From NCBI GenBank assembly GCA_043228905.1, contig JBHGNT010000010.1, forward strand, positions 12,896,001 to 12,960,000: 64,000 nt of DNA, written 5' to 3'. The DNA comes from Azolla caroliniana. Taxonomy: Eukaryota > Plantae > Polypodiophyta. Position 1 is the first letter of the stretch. The number at the start of each line of letters is the position of its first letter. Shown here in pieces: positions 36,725 to 51,106 of the stretch. The position numbers and the translations under genes are program-made. The notes beneath the pieces were generated by a model. That model was not told the DNA's origin. It searched no databases and saw only the letters and a program-made list of their open reading frames with translations.

Positions 36725-39700
36725 CACAAAGGAAACATTATATTCCAATAGCAACAGTTACAAATGATAACCAACCTTTACTAAAGGTTACATAGTCACT
36801 TTATATAGTGACTATCCTAGGGCAATTGCCCTTTATGCTATTTACAAAAATGGCCCAAACTTGGGCTGTCCAAAGAGACAATGTGAATACGGCCATTATA
36901 CACTTGTATTCGACACTCCCCCGTAATGGGTGTATACATGGGTTATCCAAAGAATTATAGGTATATATACAAGGTTTATCAGACAGATCGGTTTTGTCAG
37001 AGTCGGCAAGATCCAAAGACAGAGGACCGAACTGGTCAGGTCAGAAGAGCTGACGCCGATCCTTAGAGAACCGATGTGGGTGGTCCGAAACCATCCTGTG
37101 CTGTGTGTCTGACTTTAATCAGACCGATTTTTCATTACACCCATCTGGCGCCGAAGGGACCGTAACCGATCCGCCGAAAGACACTTGGTCATTCTATCTG
37201 CGACATTATTGGTTCTGGATATCTTCTCAAAACTGATTTTCCCTGAAATGACATAGTCCCAAACGAAGTGATATCGAACGTCGATATGCTTAGAGGCGTT
37301 GTGGTGAACCGGATCTTTTGACAAAGCAACAACACCCTAACTGTCGTTGTAGACAACTAGAGACGAGTCGGAGTCGACCTGTCGAAACTTGTGCGCCAGC
37401 CGACCGAACCATAAAGCTTCTTTTGTCGCGTCGGACGCAACTACATATTCCGCTTCGGTCGTTGAGGTGGCTATGCACTCCTGAAGTTTTGACTTCCACG
37501 AGATTGCTCCATTGCTGAATTTGAAACAATATCCGGTTGTTGATTTCCGATTGTCCACACAACCGGTTAAGTCCGAGTCGGTGTAACTGACTACACCTAA
37601 GGTTGAGTTCGGGCCGAAAAGAATGTCATGATCTTTTGTGCCAGCTAGATATCTAAACACATGCTTGATTGCGTTCTAGTGCGATCGGTAGAGAATGCCA
37701 CAAAGCCTTTCAGCTGCTCCATATAGATTTCCTCCTGTAGGTCACCGTGGAGGAATGTCGTTTTTACATCTAGTTGAATTAGCTCCAAGTTGTCAGCGGC
37801 GATGACGTCGAGCATGAAACGAAGGGTCGTCATTTTCACCACTGGTGGAAAGATTTCGTCGAAGTTGACGCCATATTCTTGTCGAAATCCCTTCGCAACT
37901 AATCTGGCCTTGTACTTTGGGGTGGTCGAGTCGGACGTCTCTTTTAGTCGATAGACCCACTTACATGGAAGAGCACGTCGATTCTTCGGTAATTCGACCA
38001 AGTTCCAAGTCTTGTTTGCCCGAATGGAGTGTATTTCCGACTCCATCGCCAGATGCCATGTGGCTGAATCGACAGATGTTGATGCTTCTTCATAAGACAT
38101 CGGTTCTCCGGCGTCGGTAAAGAATATTCTGGGAGAGTACCTCTCCGGAGGTTGGGATAGTCTCTCGGATCTGCGAGGTATGACTAGACTAGTCGCACCG
38201 AGTGCCGATGTCAGATGGTCGGGACCCAATGTCAGGGCCATAGCCAAAGACAAGTTTAACATGAAGAAAAGAATGAGAAATAGAAAATAAGAGAGGAATG
38301 AGAGAGAAATAAGATATTGAAAATGTATTAGCAATGAGAACAACGGTTACAAGAGTACGCCGAAGACTGGCGTTGAACCGGAATGGTTCATCAATAGTTC
38401 GCTATATGTTTATATAGCATGCTTTGGATACATGCATGCTCGCCACCTCATAGGCACGCATGGTAGCCATTTTTCATCCATGCAAGCATGACACTTGGTA
38501 ATCATGCGTTAGCCTATGCGGTGGCAACGTTTCACACTATAAGATATATTTCTTCATGATCGAATATAAGAATTTACAATTTAATAAATGTAATATGATG
38601 TATCCTAGTGGTTGAAGCTACACTTTATTTTTGACGAGGTCATGGGTTCGAATCCTTATTACAAGTCTTGGAGTTTTGGTATATGTTTATGACAGCCAAG
38701 CCATTCGGTTGTGCCAAATCGGTGGATTCAGGCAGTGCGAGAGTTGTCGGTTACCCGTGAAACCGATCTCGTGTTGTGGGTTGGGCCGTCATGAAGGGTT
38801 GGCACGTCGGAAAATATTACCATTCGGACTTCAATATGCCTTTCGGCCGTTTTATGCATAGCCAACTCATTGAACACGACGTCCGAACTTTAGACGATTT
38901 GTGTGTGCTCGGGGTCCCAGAGTCAGTATTTGATCTCGCCGTCAGGTCCATATCCAAGAAAAACACATTTCCTTGACCTTGGTTCGAGTTTCCGGCAGTC
39001 GTCTTTCGCTATGAGAGCATACGCCTCGCAACCGAAGATCCTCAGTTTGTCATAATTCGGCTTACTGCCGGTCCATATTTCCTGAGGTATTTGAAGTCCT
39101 AGAGGTCTACTTGGCGACATATTCATTTTGTGTATTGCCGTAAGTAGAGCCTCCGCCCAAAAGCCATCCGATAGTCCGGAGTGTTGGAGCATGGATACTA
39201 CGCGTTCTTGAATCGTCTGATTCATGCGTTCAGCAATTCCGTTCTACTCTGGACTATAGGGTGCTGTATATTCACGTCGAATGCCGCATTCCCGGTAGAA
39301 TTTGACAAATTCTTCAGACTTGAATTCTCCTCCATTGTCGGTTCGGAGACATTTCAGTTTCCGACCGGTCTTATTTTCGACCATTGCAAGCCATTCAGAG
39401 AAGATCGAGAACACCCGATCTTTGGTTCTGATGGGGTAAGCCCACACCTTTTGAGTCGAGTCGTCAATAAAACTGACGAAGTACGAAGCACCGCCGAGAG
39501 ATTGATGTGGCATCAGGCCACAGATGTCCGAGTGGACCAAATCGAGGGGACTTGATTCTCTTGGTGCTGATGTTAGGTATGATGTGGCTACCTGTTTGTC
39601 GTACTGGCAATGCCCGCAAAATTGGTGATCCGAGAAGTAGAGTTGGGGATGTAACCGACTCTGGATAGGTGCGTTTTGCCAGATATGAAGTCATCCATGC

Positions 39701-41777
39701 CATAAAGATGACATGGGGATATCAACCAAAAATAATTCACCCTCTTTGAGTGTGACATATAACGGATACAAGGAATGTACCTTTGGTCCTAGAGCAAGCA
39801 GGAGGTTCCCTTTGTGGAGTGTCCACCCTCCTGATGAGAATCTAGCATGGATGCTGGCTTCGTCAAGTTGTCCGATTGAGATCAAGGGTCTTGAATGCTC
39901 AGGAACTTGTCGGACGTTGTGTAGAGCCTCCCGGACGATTGAGCTCTACGATGCCGATTCCGATTATAGCACAATGCTGCGAGTTTCCGACTCGAACTGA
40001 GTCGGAGTGCCGGTCCGAGTATTGCCGAAATGGAGATCGGTGAGGTGTCACATGATACGATGCACCCGAGTCCAAGAGCCATGTGCTTGATTCGTCAGTC
40101 GTAAGCAGAACTTCTGATTCGACTGGGTTCTCTATGGACAATATGTTCGGGTCGGTCATCAAAACTTCGGCTGAAGAGACGATGTAGTTGACCTCCTCAT
40201 GCCGGCTAATCTTCTGATCCGCTCTCTGAGCTTTGTCGGTTTTTGCTTTGAGTGCCCGGCAGTCGGCTTTGATGTGTCCTGATTTCTTGCAGTAGTTGTA
40301 GATTCGGTTGTCCCGAGACTTGCTTCGGCTTCGCTGATTGTTTGGCAGTCGGGAAGAACTTCTTCCCCAATTGTACGATCGGTCAGTCGAACCTTGTACT
40401 ACGTAAGCTTCATCTGCGGAATCGTTGGCGAAAGACTTTCTCCGAGATGCTTCAGTCAGGATTGCACTCGTGACTTCGGAGTACTTAACGACAGCTGTTG
40501 AAGCATTGCACACGGTTGCAACGAAAGTTTCCCATGAAGACGGGAGACTACTCATGAGTATCATTGCTCTAAGTTCATCCTCGATTGCCGTCCCCTGAGA
40601 CGAGATTTGGGAGCTTATGCTTTCGTACTCGTTGAGGTGTGCCTGAACCGAATCAGATTCTTTCATCCGCAAGTTGGAGAGCTGCCGGATCAGATACATC
40701 TTCGTTGCGGCAACCTTCTTTTCATAAGTTTCCGACAGTTTTTTCCAAAGTTCAAACGTTGTCGTGCATGATTGCACTATGAAGCACACTGACTCCGACA
40801 AGTGCATCCAAATCATGGCGCGGACAATTCTGTCGAGCTTTAGCCACTCGTTTGCCTTGTATGCTTCTGGAGGATTTTCATTCTCAATCGGGTCTATCTA
40901 ACCCTTGACTATGAGATAGTCCTGCATTTGTTCCTTCTAGAAGTTGAAGTTCGAACCATCGAACCTCCTTAGACTCATCTCCAATGAGCCGGATGTTGAT
41001 GCCATCTACTTCGGTTTCGGTTGGTAAGACTTGGTTCGGAGTTGACTACGAACCTTAGTGGGCTGCAGCCAGTTGGCTCACCCGATATCGTTCTAGTCGG
41101 TTTTGAACCCGAGTCGGTTTGGTTTCGGATACTTGTTGTTGAACTTGCTCGGAGTGACTCCGATAACTTGAGGGACAGAACCGGCTGGTCTTCCCGAATG
41201 TTGCCGAGTCGGAGTGAGCCCGGTTAGCTTCTGATTGTATGTCAAATACCGATTACATGAAACCGATCGTTTGGGTCGATCCTGCTTCGGATGACTGCAG
41301 CGATGAGAGGGACGGATCCAACTGATCCTCCTCAATGTCGATCAGCCGAGTGAAGCACGAAGTGGTTGTTCCCAGGAGACCAATCTGCAGCAGGTGGTTA
41401 CAACAAGTGAGTGAATAACGTCCGGTGACCTATTCGGATGTTGTTTAACCAAATGAAGCACGATTGGGTCAGTTGTTGCTAAAGGAGCTCCCCTCAAGCG
41501 GTTACAATCACAGGAACAGAGTACAACCGACTGGCTTACTCCAATTTGTGATTTAACAAAGTGAGATGCGAGCTTTTTGTTTTTCTTGTCCCTTCTCTGT
41601 TCTTCAAATAAAACGAAAACAGAATGTTGTGTTGTGCAATGACGGCCGGCAGTGGGTTTGAAGAACCTCCAACGCTCTGATACCAAATGTTGGGGACAAG
41701 GCCGTCAATACAGAAGTGCAAGCACCATTCATGATGTAGAAGAAGTTGTGTATGCATGAGCAAGATAAACACAGAGG

Positions 41778-41817
<40 letters not shown>

Positions 41818-42008
41818 CACAAAGGAAACGTTATATTCCAATAGCAATAGTTACAAATGACAACCAACCTTTACTAAAGGTTACATAGTCACTTTATATA
41901 GTGACTATCCTAGGGCAACTGCCCTTTATGCTATTTATAGAAATGGCCCAAACTTGGGTTGTCCAAAGGGACAATCTGAATACGAACATTATACACTCGT
42001 ATTCGACA
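36593..42008 (-). mobile_element. Ty1/copia element B (relative of A, with RT/RH remnants), nested in the gag of C
   Basis: LTRs 36593-36915 and 41688-42008, TSD gtgtg, PBS tggtatcagagc. Gag is highly similar to element A; RT QLDVKTTFLHG and RH KHIDVRYHFV are present. Confidence 0.95.
38230..38694. mobile_element. Probable solo LTR (TGTCA..TGACA) inserted in copia B, containing Pol III A/B box-like motifs
   Basis: Flanks cccaa/gccaa; AT-rich sequence unrelated to pol; tagtggttgaag ... gggttcgaatcc at ~38606-38655. Confidence 0.7.
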
Positions 42009-43041
42009 GTGTGCAGGGTCAAAGGTCGTCATGGGCTTAGGGTCTCCTCCTGTGGGTCCCATGATTGTCTCCAACAACTCGTACGAGTCCAAAATGGCAA
42101 ACATTTTGAACTTCCATAGAGTGTAGTTGGTTCCATCTAGCTTTCCATTAAACAATGGAGGTGGGCGAATGTGCAGTGGAGGAGCTGCAACATACACGGA
42201 CAAGGCTAGTCATACTCTCTCTCTCTCTCTCTCTCTCTATTTCTCTATGCTGCCAGACAGCAACTACCCGTATATACCTAATCTAGATCAACCTCTCCGC
42301 TCTGATACCATGATAGAAATATCGAGAATCGATTAGATAGGTATATAGACTTACAACTACAGATATGGGATATATGAAAACAAAACTTCTATTACATATG
42401 AGAGTAGCTCACAATGGTAGTTTTCCCATGCACTCACACCTTAGACTTTAGATAGGATATGGACCAGCTCACTACAAAATTAGTGGGGACTAATAATCAA
42501 GCCAACCACTCTGAAAAGAAAGTGGATTGCTTTTTATGTTTGGTCTAAGTATAACATTACATGTGCATGTCAGTTGATAGTAGTGGAGATATTCCTTTTC
42601 TGTCAACTGACTTGTCATTTTATATGACCAACTCCCTAGGTATAGGCTAGTGCTAGATAGTACTTATCTTGAAGTCAATGACACATACTTCAAGACTAAG
42701 TACATCATAACTTGCCCACAAAATATTCTAGTTGACTTGATTAGCCAATCCTATTACCTATTTCTCTCTTTCATAAATACATTGTGTCCTACGCATCTAC
42801 GGATTCCTAGAGTACCACCTTATCGACCCATATGGTCGAGTTGCACACTAGCTGCTCCTCATTTGGGGTGCTATCACAAAATGTGCACTCTAAGAGCACA
42901 TAAGGGGATAGATTTACAACTTGGGGCTGATCATTCATTATATCTAACACGGATAACTTGACACAATTTCAAACAACACGCATAGATTCAAGAATAATGG
43001 TCAAATGTCAATGGGCATTGCACCATGTTTCTTTATTTGTA

Positions 43042-44011
43042 GCGAAGGACTAGAATAGTACATTAACTAATTCATTTACTAAATGAATTCTATTGTAGTC
43101 TAGTTGCCTCGGATCGTTGATTTTTACCTGACACGCTCGGGTACAAGTACAGGCATTGGAAAAACTAGATACATCATAGATCATGAGTTAATGTGGCATC
43201 CATAAAAACCCTTGAAATTATTAAATCTTAAAAACGAGAGTGTGTTAGAATAATCCTCAGTTTTTCGTTGATGCTTGCGCAATATATAAATATTATTTAT
43301 TTCCTATCAATGATTGCAATATTAAAAAGCGCACAAGATGTGATCCATTGTAGTCCACTTGGTTAGGATACTCGGCTCTCACCCGAGAGACCCGGGTGCA
43401 ACTTCCGGCAATGGAAAAGAGAATATGACATATCAAATTTCCAACGCATTTCATGTGTTAATTGTTTGCTAACTCAAAAACTGAAGACCTAAAGTAGCTG
43501 TTACAATAATTCGAGTATATTTAGTCGCGAAGGACTAGAATAGTACATTAACTAATTCATTTACTAAATGAATTCTATTGTAGTCTAGTTGCCTCGGATC
43601 GTTGATTTTTACCCGACACGCTCGAGTACAAGTACAGGCATTGGAAAAACTAGATACATCATAGATCATGAGTTAATGTGGCATCCATAAAAACCCTTGA
43701 AATTATTAAATCTTAAAAACGAGAGTGTGTTAGAATAATCCTCAGTTTTTCGTTGATGCTTGCGCAATATATAAATATTATTTATTTCCTATCAATGATT
43801 GCAATATTAAAAAGCGCACAAGATGTGATCCATTGTAGTCCACTTGGTTAGGATACTCGGCTCTCACCCGAGAGACCCGGGTGCAACTTCCGGCAATGGA
43901 AAAGAGAATATGACATATCAAATTTCCAACGCATTTCGTGTGTTAATTGTTTGCTAACTCAAAAACTGAAGACCTAAAGTAGCTGTTACAATAATTCGAG
44001 TATATTTAGTC
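43042..44011 (+). repeat. Recent 485-bp tandem duplication of a deleted satellite unit
   Basis: Near-identical copies start at 43042 and 43527; their tRNA copies are at 43344-43416 and 43829-43901. Confidence 0.9.
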
Positions 44012-45057
44012 GTGGTTATTCCTCAAGATTGTTATGACAAATTAGTACACCAACAATTATAGTTTGGATAACTTGATACAATTTCAAAATTACGCATAGA
44101 TTGCATAATAATGGTCAACTGTCGATGAGCATTGCACCATGTTTCTTTATTTGTAGGAAAGTACTAGAATATTACATTAACTAATTTATTTACTAAATTA
44201 CTTCCATTGTAGTCTAGTTGGTTCGGATCCTTGCTTTTTACGAGACACCCAGGTACAACAACAGGTATTAGAAACACTAGATACATCATAGATCATGAGT
44301 TAATGTGGCTCGGGTTCAACTCCCGGCAATGGAAACGACAATATCATATATCAAATTTCCGACGAATGTCATCTGTTAACTATTTGATAACTCAAAAATT
44401 CAACACCTAAAGTAGTTGTTACAATAATGGTAGATTAAGAAAATAATCAATATTATGTTTGAAGGATTGATGTCAAACTTTACTTTGATTTGTTTCTCCT
44501 ATCATCAATATCTAAACTTCATCCCATTATTTGATTAATGGTAGAGGTTTCAAATGAAATTTGACAAAACATTATGTTGTTCGGTACAAGGAGGAGCAGT
44601 ATATTTAGTCCTGGTTATTCCTCAACATTGTTACGACAAATTAGTACACGAACAATTATAGTTTGGTTAACTTGATACAGTTTCAAACAATACGCATAGA
44701 TTGCAGAATAATGGTCAACTGTCGATAAGCATCGCACCATATTTCTTTATTTGTAGGATTGTACTAGAATATTACATTAACTAATTTATTTACTAAATGA
44801 ATTCTATTGTAGTCTAGTGTGTTTGGATCCTTGCTTTTAACTCGAGAGGCTCGGGTACAACTACATGCATTGGAAACACTAGATACATCATAGATCATAA
44901 GTTCATGTGGCACTGATAAAAACCCTTGAAATTATTAAATCTTAAAAACGAGAGTGTGTGAAAATAATCTTGCGTTTTTCGTTGATGCTCGCATAATATT
45001 TAAATATTATTTATTACTAATCAATGATTGCAATATTAAAAAGGGCAGAAGATGGGA

Positions 45058-45130
45058 TCCATTATAGTCTAGTTGGTTAGGATACTCGGCTCTCACCCGA
45101 GAAAACCGTGTTCAACTCCTGGCAATAGAA
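45058..45130 (+). pseudogene. tRNA-Glu(CTC) pseudogene
   Basis: Degenerate copy. Confidence 0.8.
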
Positions 45131-45854
45131 AAGACAATATCATATATCAAATTTTGCGACACATGTCCGTTGTTAACTGTTGGATAACTAAAAACCTCAA
45201 GACCTAAAGTAGATGTTACAATAATGTAGAATTAACAAAATAATCAATATTATGTTTGAAGAATTGATGACAAACTTTACTTTGATTTTTTTCTCCTAAC
45301 ATCAATATCTAAAGTTAACCCCATTATTCGATTGACGATAGAGGTTACAAATGAAATTTGAGAAAACATTATGTTGTTCGGGACAATAAGAAGCAGTATA
45401 TTTAGTTGGGCTTATTCGTCCACATTGTTACCACAAATTAGTAGCCCGAAAATTATAGTTTGGATAACTTGATACAATTTCAAAAAATATGCATAGATTG
45501 CAGAATAATGGTCAACTATCGATGAGCATTGCATCATGTTTCTTTATTTGTAGCAAAGTACTAGAATATTACGTTAACTAATTCATTTACTAAATGAATT
45601 CTATTGTAGTCTAGTTGGTTCGGATCCTTGCTTTTTACCCGAGACGCCTGGGTACAACTACAGGCATTGGAAAGACTAGATACATCATAGATCATGAGTT
45701 AATGTCGCATCGATAAAAACCCTTGAAATTATTAAATCTTAAAAACTAGAGTGTGTTATAATAATCCTTGGTCTTTCGTTGATGCTTGCACAAGATATAA
45801 ATATTATTTATTACTAATCAATGATTGCAATATTAAAACATGCACAAGATGTGA

Positions 45855-45927
45855 TGTATTTTTAGTCTAGTTTGTTAGGATACTCTGCTCTCACCCGAAA
45901 GACCCGGTTTCAACTCCCAGCAATTGA
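45855..45927 (+). pseudogene. tRNA-Glu(CTC) pseudogene
   Basis: Strongly degenerate copy. Confidence 0.75.
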
Positions 45928-46794
45928 AAGGACAATATGAAATATCGAATTTCCGACTCATGTCATGTGTTAACCGAGTGATAACTCAAAAACTCAAGAC
46001 CTAAAGTAGTTGTTCCTATAATGTACAATTAACAAAATAATAAATATTATATTTGTAGGATTGATCACGAACTTTACTTTGATGTTTTTCTCCTAACATG
46101 AATTTCGAAACTTTATCCCATTATTCTATTAATCGTAGAGGTTTGAAATGAAATTTAACAAAATATCATATATAAAATTCCCGACGCATGTCATGTGTTA
46201 ACTGTTGGATAACTCAAAACCTCAAGACCTAAAGTAGATGTTACAATAATGTACAATTAAGAAAAGAATCAATATTATGTTTGAAGGATTGATGACAAAC
46301 TTTACTTTGATTTTTTTCTCCTAGCATCAATTTTTAAAGTTAACCCATTATTCGATTAATGGTAGAGGTTTCAAATGAAATTTGACAAAACATTATATTG
46401 TTCGGGACAAGAAGAAGTAGTATATTAGTCGGGGTTTTCCTCAACATTGTTATGACAAATTAGTACAACAACAATTATAGTTTGGATAACTTGATACAAT
46501 TTCAAACAATACACATAGATTGCAAAATAATGGTCAACTGTTAGTAAGCCTTGCACCAGGTTTCTTTATTTTAGCAAAGGACTAGAATATGACATTAACT
46601 AATTCATTTACTAAATGAATTCCATTGTAGTCAAGTTGCCTCAGATCGTTGATTTGTAGAGACACAACATCCATAAACGAAGATGTAGGATCTGTACAAA
46701 TTTTAATTGTGACCTTAAGGAGGAACTGTAAGTTTGCAGTAATGAATTAGAAGGGAATTCCATATTATAACCATGTTTTATTTATTGGATGTAG

Positions 46795-47295
46795 GAACGT
46801 GAGCATGGTTTACGGTCTTTCCGGACTGGTGTCACCCCAGTTCTTGTTGCAACGGATGTAGTTGCCCATGGACTAGATATTCCTCATGTTGCACATGTCA
46901 TCAACTTTGATCTTCCAAATGATATCGATGATTATGTTCATCGAATCGGACGGACAGGGCATGCTGGAAAATCAGGATTGGCAACTGCTTTCTTTACTAA
47001 CAACAATATTTCTCTTGCAAAGGCTTTGGCAGAATTGATGCAGGAAGCCAACCAAACAATTCCAAATTGGTTAATGAACTTTGCTACTAGAGCCAGCTAT
47101 GGAGGGGGTGGTGGTAGAGGTCGTCGATCTGGGGGTTCTAAGTTTGGCGGAAGAGACTACCAACGAGAAGGTAACAGAGGTGGAAGTGGCAGTGGATATG
47201 GAGGTGCTAGCTATGGGCTTGGTGGTGGTTATGGAGGTAGCCATGGAGGTGGGTCCAAGAATTATGGTGCAAGTGCTGTCAGTGCATGGGATTAA
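46795..47295 (+). pseudogene. Last exon of a DDX3/Ded1-type DEAD-box RNA helicase (plant RH11/RH37/RH52-like), orphan fragment
   Basis: AG acceptor at 46793-94; [53 protein letters not shown], Gly-rich tail ending SAWD*. No upstream exons are present. Confidence 0.92.
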
Positions 47296-48601
47296 GCTGG
47301 AAAAGTGTTTCTTGTTCTTTTTTGAACATAACATCTGAGTTGAGATATGTCCTCAACAGTTTCGTTCTATTTAGAAAAAAATCATTTTCCAAATTAGTTT
47401 TTACCAAAATTCTAAGGGCTTAGTTGTAATTGTGAGTACTGAATTTTCATAGCAAGTAATACAAATTTGTGTAAGTTAACAATTTCGCTGGTGACAGAAA
47501 GCTGAGCACTTTTCATTGGGAGATATTAACCATAACATTGGTAGTGGTGATGCTCGCACATGAGTAACAATTGCCAAGTTTTGTAGTATTTCGAAGTCTG
47601 AAATTTCTATTTGCAATACTCTTGCATTTCACCTTTATTTATTATTCATTATCCACCTGCAAAGTATACATCCACTGACTCGGTTTTGTTGGACTTTTGT
47701 GACTAAGTTCATATGCCAAAAACATATATAGATTAAGTGCCACTCAGTATAATTTTGTGTGCTCCTAGTTTGTGTGACTTCCCTGTGCTGAGAAGATTAA
47801 TACCTATATGTTCAGCCATTATATTCTGTGTGAGCATTTGCGTAGCAAGTTATGAATTGTGTTGAAAATTCGGGACTTTTTCAAGGGTGAATATCACAAT
47901 TTCTATTGCCTAGTTTGAATTGTGAAAAAGCTGTTGCTTGTAGAAGCCAAGTTGTGGAGACACTCATAGAGGAATTCGGTATGTTTTATTATCCTTGCCA
48001 CTCTTTATCTTTTCACTATTTAGTGGACTTGCACAACTCTTATTGTTATGTTAGGATTCTTTTGTCTCAATTCAGGCATGTGATAGCTTAGTTTGTAGCT
48101 GTTGTATGAGCTAGTTAGCTCTAGATCTTTTGCGACTTTCTTGGTTCATCATCACTTGTTGGTTGTGTAATTGTTTTCTTCCTCCACAATGTCACGGGCA
48201 TTTGGTGATTTGCTTCATCTTCGGATATTTTCACTCCGGATTCTCTTGGCTTCTCTCCTTGTTACTTTCTCCTAATTAATTAAATTATATCGCTCACTCT
48301 TCTAGGCAGGCACCTACCGACCCCCAAACCCTCTATCTTGGTATACATACATACATACGTACATGCATGCATGCATAGTGTGTTATGTGGAGTTATCTCT
48401 CCAGTTGATGGATGACGTAGATGAGATGAGGATCCTTCGCGTTTTGGCTTTGGCTTTGGCTAAGCTATCCCATGAACAATATGCCTCAACATTAGCTTGA
48501 AATGCAACGCATTTAGTGAGTGAGTGAGTGCACTTGTCCCATTCTTATAAACACATATATAATTGAGCATTGTAATTATAAGTTACTTGTTTGGTCACAA
48601 T

Positions 48602-50553
48602 TGTTAGAAGTTATAAATAACTAATTAGCTGACAGTGAGCAACTACTTCATTAATTACTAAATATAACCCCACACCACAAGTTATTAATAGTAAAAAAAG
48701 ATTTTTCATGTTAGTTGTAATTCAAAGAAGCCTACCTCATTTTTCCCTCCACTTCCTCTACTATATAAAGAGGAAGTTGGGGAACCTGTTTGGTGTGCTC
48801 TCTGCATCTTTGCATCTCTTAGTCATTATCCTTAGTTACTACATTACTAGCTTGCTAGATTTAATCAAATTCCTTGTTGCTGTTCCAAGTTATTCCATAG
48901 CTTTTCTACTTGTTATAATATTGTACCCTGTGTCAAAAACTCAACATGGTATCAGAGCATCAATAGTATGAGGCCTGAAAATATATTACCCGCACCATAC
49001 TCTACTTTTGTTGAACAATATATATATATAACAAAAAAAAGATAATAGCCTCAACATTATGGCAAGCTCCACTTAAACAAGAAAATACTCGGTAGATAGA
49101 CGTACCGCAAAAAACTACAGAATTTGGAAACCAAGGATGGAGCCACTACTTGATTTGGAGGAGCTACTTGAAGTCATCACCGAAACCTGTCAAGCACAAA
49201 AAAATACACAATCAAAGCATGGAAAGATTGGAAAAACAAAGACAAAAGGGCAAAGCTTGAAATACTGCTACATGTAGAAGACAAGCAAGCTGATGGCATT
49301 TGAAAACTCACAACTACAACAGAAATGTGGTCCACAGTAAAACTGATGTTTGAACCACAAGATGGTACTACTAGAATCCATACTCTTCCTACCCTATTTC
49401 ACATGTGGGTTTTGCAGGAAGAAGAAAATGTTCTTACCTTCTTGGATACCTAGGGGATATATCTCGAAGAAGTCACCATTGCGGGAAATGAAATCATAGA
49501 AGAAATGAAGATTGGGGTCCTATTGAGTAAACTTCTAGAATCCTAGAGCACATTTGTCACCATGAATAGCCAAGGTAATTCTTTGTTTGATTTGATTATC
49601 AAGATCCGCCATGAAAAACTTCGGCGGCAATTAAAAGAATCCACTCCATCTTTGGCAATGATTGTAACATTTAGCAGAACACAAAAATCATGTTATAATA
49701 ATAGATATAGAACTAAATCGGATGCTTACAGAAATGTAGAAATATCAAGTACCAACAAGGTAAATGATGCTTGGAAAGCTTCAACAAAACAATCCAATGG
49801 TGGTTTCAAACTGATTTGCAAATATTGTAAGAAAGAAGGGCATACAGAAAGGGTATGTCGATTCAAGCAAGTTGGAGAGAACAAAAGACAATCACAAGCA
49901 AATAATGCAACATTAAAAGACAAATCAAACTCGAAATCAAAAGAATATATAGAATTTGGATGAAATACCAGAAGATGATAATATTTTGCAAGCATACCAT
50001 GTCACTACAGAAGAGACAAAAACCGAACATGATACATGGTACCTAGACACTAGTGCTACACATCACCTCACATATCGAAAGGATTGGTTGAATTTCTATA
50101 TGATTCTTTCCAATCCACTATAAGTTACTTTTGGAGACAACGGACGAAAAACAACAATCGAAAAAGGAACTATTCAACTCAGATTGTCAAACAATCACGA
50201 GATTACAATCCCAAATGTCTATTATGTACTAGGACTAGCTAAACACCTATTATCAATTGGACAAGCAACTGTAGTTGGACTAACAATACAATTATGTAAA
50301 GAGAACACAATTCTAATTTTCAAAACTGGAAACACAAGTACACAGTTGGTGTGTCCTAAGGAGACCCACTTATATCCAATATAGAGTCATCCTCCGAATG
50401 CATTCTCAACAATCTTGCAAATACAACACAAGAAAAGATCTTCACTAACTCAGTTATGGCATTGCCAGCTTGGGCCTGTACACTATCAAGCACTACAACA
50501 ATGTCAACAACAAAAAAGAGTTCAAGGCTTGCCATCCAAAATCTTTGTTAACC
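48602..50553 (+). mobile_element. Truncated old copia element (LTR, PBS, gag, PR)
   Basis: LTR tgttag...tcaaca at 48602-48946, PBS tggtatcagagc, CKYCKKEGHTERVC, WYLDTSATHH; many stops. Confidence 0.85.
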
Positions 50554-50985
50554 TGTCGGCTAGACAAAGTCTATAGGTCGACAAGCTAGTCGGAGTCGGC
50601 ATCGGAGGTGTAAAAGACTAGTGTGAAAGGAAGTAGCCAAAGTAATATTTTTTGCCAAGTAGTAAAATAGAATAGTTAAGAAAATAGGACAGTTAGTGTA
50701 ACTGTAGATTCTTGCCGAATGGCAAGTGTATATCTTGGAAGAGTCTCTCAGATTGCCTATAAAAAGGGATCGAGAGCATTGTATCAAGATCGATCTGTTT
50801 GGTTATCGTAATGTAATTTTGGTTGCTAGAGTATATTTTGTGTCAACTGCCTTGCTTGTCATCTCTATTACGCATATTATTTATATAACTAACAATCGAT
50901 CAAGGTAGTATCTCATAATCGTTTTAATTAAGTAGGTATCAAGAGAGAGAGAGAGAGAGAGAGAGAATGGCAGCAACCTCGAATT
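50554..50985 (+). mobile_element. Probable LTR + degenerate PBS + start of another retroelement
   Basis: Begins tgtcggc, has a TATA-like ctataaaa, then aggtatcaagag followed by (AG)n and an ATG. Confidence 0.5.
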
Positions 50986-51106
50986 CCAGACATCGGGTGA
51001 AGATGCATGTGAGGAGGGAGGCCAAGACGAAATGCAACATCGCTTATCTTAGGAGTGATCTCGTACGGGCCAAAGCGTCGGTAATATAATTTACCACTAG
51101 GCATAG

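Larger units (their letters stand above)
32137..42949 (-). mobile_element. Ty1/copia element C (full-length, degenerate), host of nested copia B
   Basis: LTRs 32137-32746 and 42311-42949, TSD tggat/cggat, PBS tggtatcagagc at 42299-42310, PPT next to 32747. Confidence 0.95.

Noticed and set aside
1903-46657. A common tRNA-targeted integration site for all insertions
   Set aside because: The different elements sit at different positions in the unit, and the host is satellite throughout, so proximity to tRNA is uninformative.
46657-48600. Helitron as carrier of the helicase fragment
   Set aside because: No 5'-TC start or 3' hairpin-CTRR end could be identified at the block edges.
2372-50966. 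(AG)n microsatellites as independent features
   Set aside because: They are internal parts of LTRs or TE leaders and only generate spurious SLSL ORFs.
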